Positions 7,950 to 8,280 of a DNA stretch of 8,280 nt are shown piece by piece; the stretch's first letter is position 1; the number at the start of each line of letters is the position of its first letter. Below the pieces are notes generated by a model, which did not search any database, was not told where the DNA came from, and worked only from the letters and a program-made list of their open reading frames with translations. Position numbers and translations under genes: made by a program. Origin of the DNA: a virus (taxonomy: Duplodnaviria; Heunggongvirae; Uroviricota; Caudoviricetes); IMG/VR virus record IMGVR_UViG_2703718778_000005, one strand, 5' to 3'.

Positions 7950-8051
7950 ATGAAGAATGTAAAAGCAATACTCACCATCGCCACTGTATGGGTGATATTT
8001 CAGGTGAGTGCGCTTATCTGGTTAGCCCTGAAGAATCTGGGGATAATCTGA
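7950..8051 (+). CDS. Small membrane peptide (33 aa, one predicted TM helix); not in the supplied ORF track
   Basis: MKNVKAILTIATVWVIFQVSALIWLALKNLGII. Weak RBS; 12 nt after the previous stop. Support is weaker than for the 41-aa peptide. Confidence 0.25.
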   Translation: MKNVKAILTIATVWVIFQVSALIWLALKNLGII

Positions 8052-8101
8052 AGCCGAAAGCAGGCGCGGAATAACACCAGAAAACACACGAACAATTAAT
8101 T

Positions 8102-8117
8102 AAGGCATTCATGCCTT
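8102..8117 (+). other. Short inverted repeat AAGGCAT-tc-ATGCCTT between the micro-ORFs and the next gene
   Basis: Near-perfect palindrome; a T-run (tctttttt, 8131-8138) lies 13 nt downstream, so it is not a canonical terminator. Possible operator or attenuator. Confidence 0.2.
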
Positions 8118-8151
8118 CGGATTCCCTTTGTCTTTTTTCAGGAGCCAACAA

Positions 8152-8280
8152 ATGAGAACAGTCGAATCACCCGCAACCGCCAGACCAGTTAACCATCATG
8201 CACATATCAGCATGGCCGCAAGAAAAGCCGAGCGTGCGCATATCTGCGAATTGCTGCGCGAGCTGACTGAGACAGCGAAA
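8152..8280 (+). CDS. Hypothetical early protein, N-terminal 43 codons only (continues beyond window)
   Basis: ATG 8152 with AGGAG at 8140-8144 and a 7-nt spacer. Open frame MRTVESPATARPVNHHAHISMAARKAERAHICELLRELTETAK runs to the window end. GC content returns to ~55%. Confidence 0.45.
   Translation, partial: MRTVESPATARPVNHHAHISMAARKAERAHICELLRELTETAK

Larger units (their letters stand above)
4747..8280. mobile_element. P2/186-family temperate prophage, integrase-proximal arm (int, C, cox, early operon); continues beyond the window
   Basis: Gene order and orientation (int and C leftward, cox and small early genes rightward) with clear family-level similarity of all three proteins to P2 Int, C and Cox as I recall them. 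GC content falls relative to the prp genes, strongly so after 7340. Confidence 0.8.

Noticed and set aside
6534-7984. Minus-strand ORFs 6534-6734, 6628-6810, 6880-7092, 6924-7184, 7296-7547, 7321-7629 and 7739-7984
   Set aside because: Antisense to a co-directional rightward operon with RBS-supported plus-strand genes; translations are Cys/Phe/Ile-rich junk typical of antisense reading of AT-rich sequence.

Overview
Two halves. Positions 1-4746 hold the 3' part of an Escherichia-type propionate catabolism operon on the minus strand (prpC', prpD, prpE), followed downstream by a REP/BIME cluster. Positions ~4747-8280 hold the left arm of a P2/186-family temperate prophage: tyrosine integrase and C-type repressor on the minus strand, then cox and a rightward early operon of small genes that runs off the window. 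The prophage junction lies inside the 5' end of prpC, which has lost its first ~9 codons and also carries a frame break at an A5 run. The most interesting part is an AT-rich cassette (7342-8051) of two small soluble proteins and two tiny single-helix membrane peptides inside the phage early operon; I cannot assign it to any family I recognise. All protein identifications are from reading the translations and recalling the families, not from a database search. No tRNA, rRNA or CRISPR array was seen.
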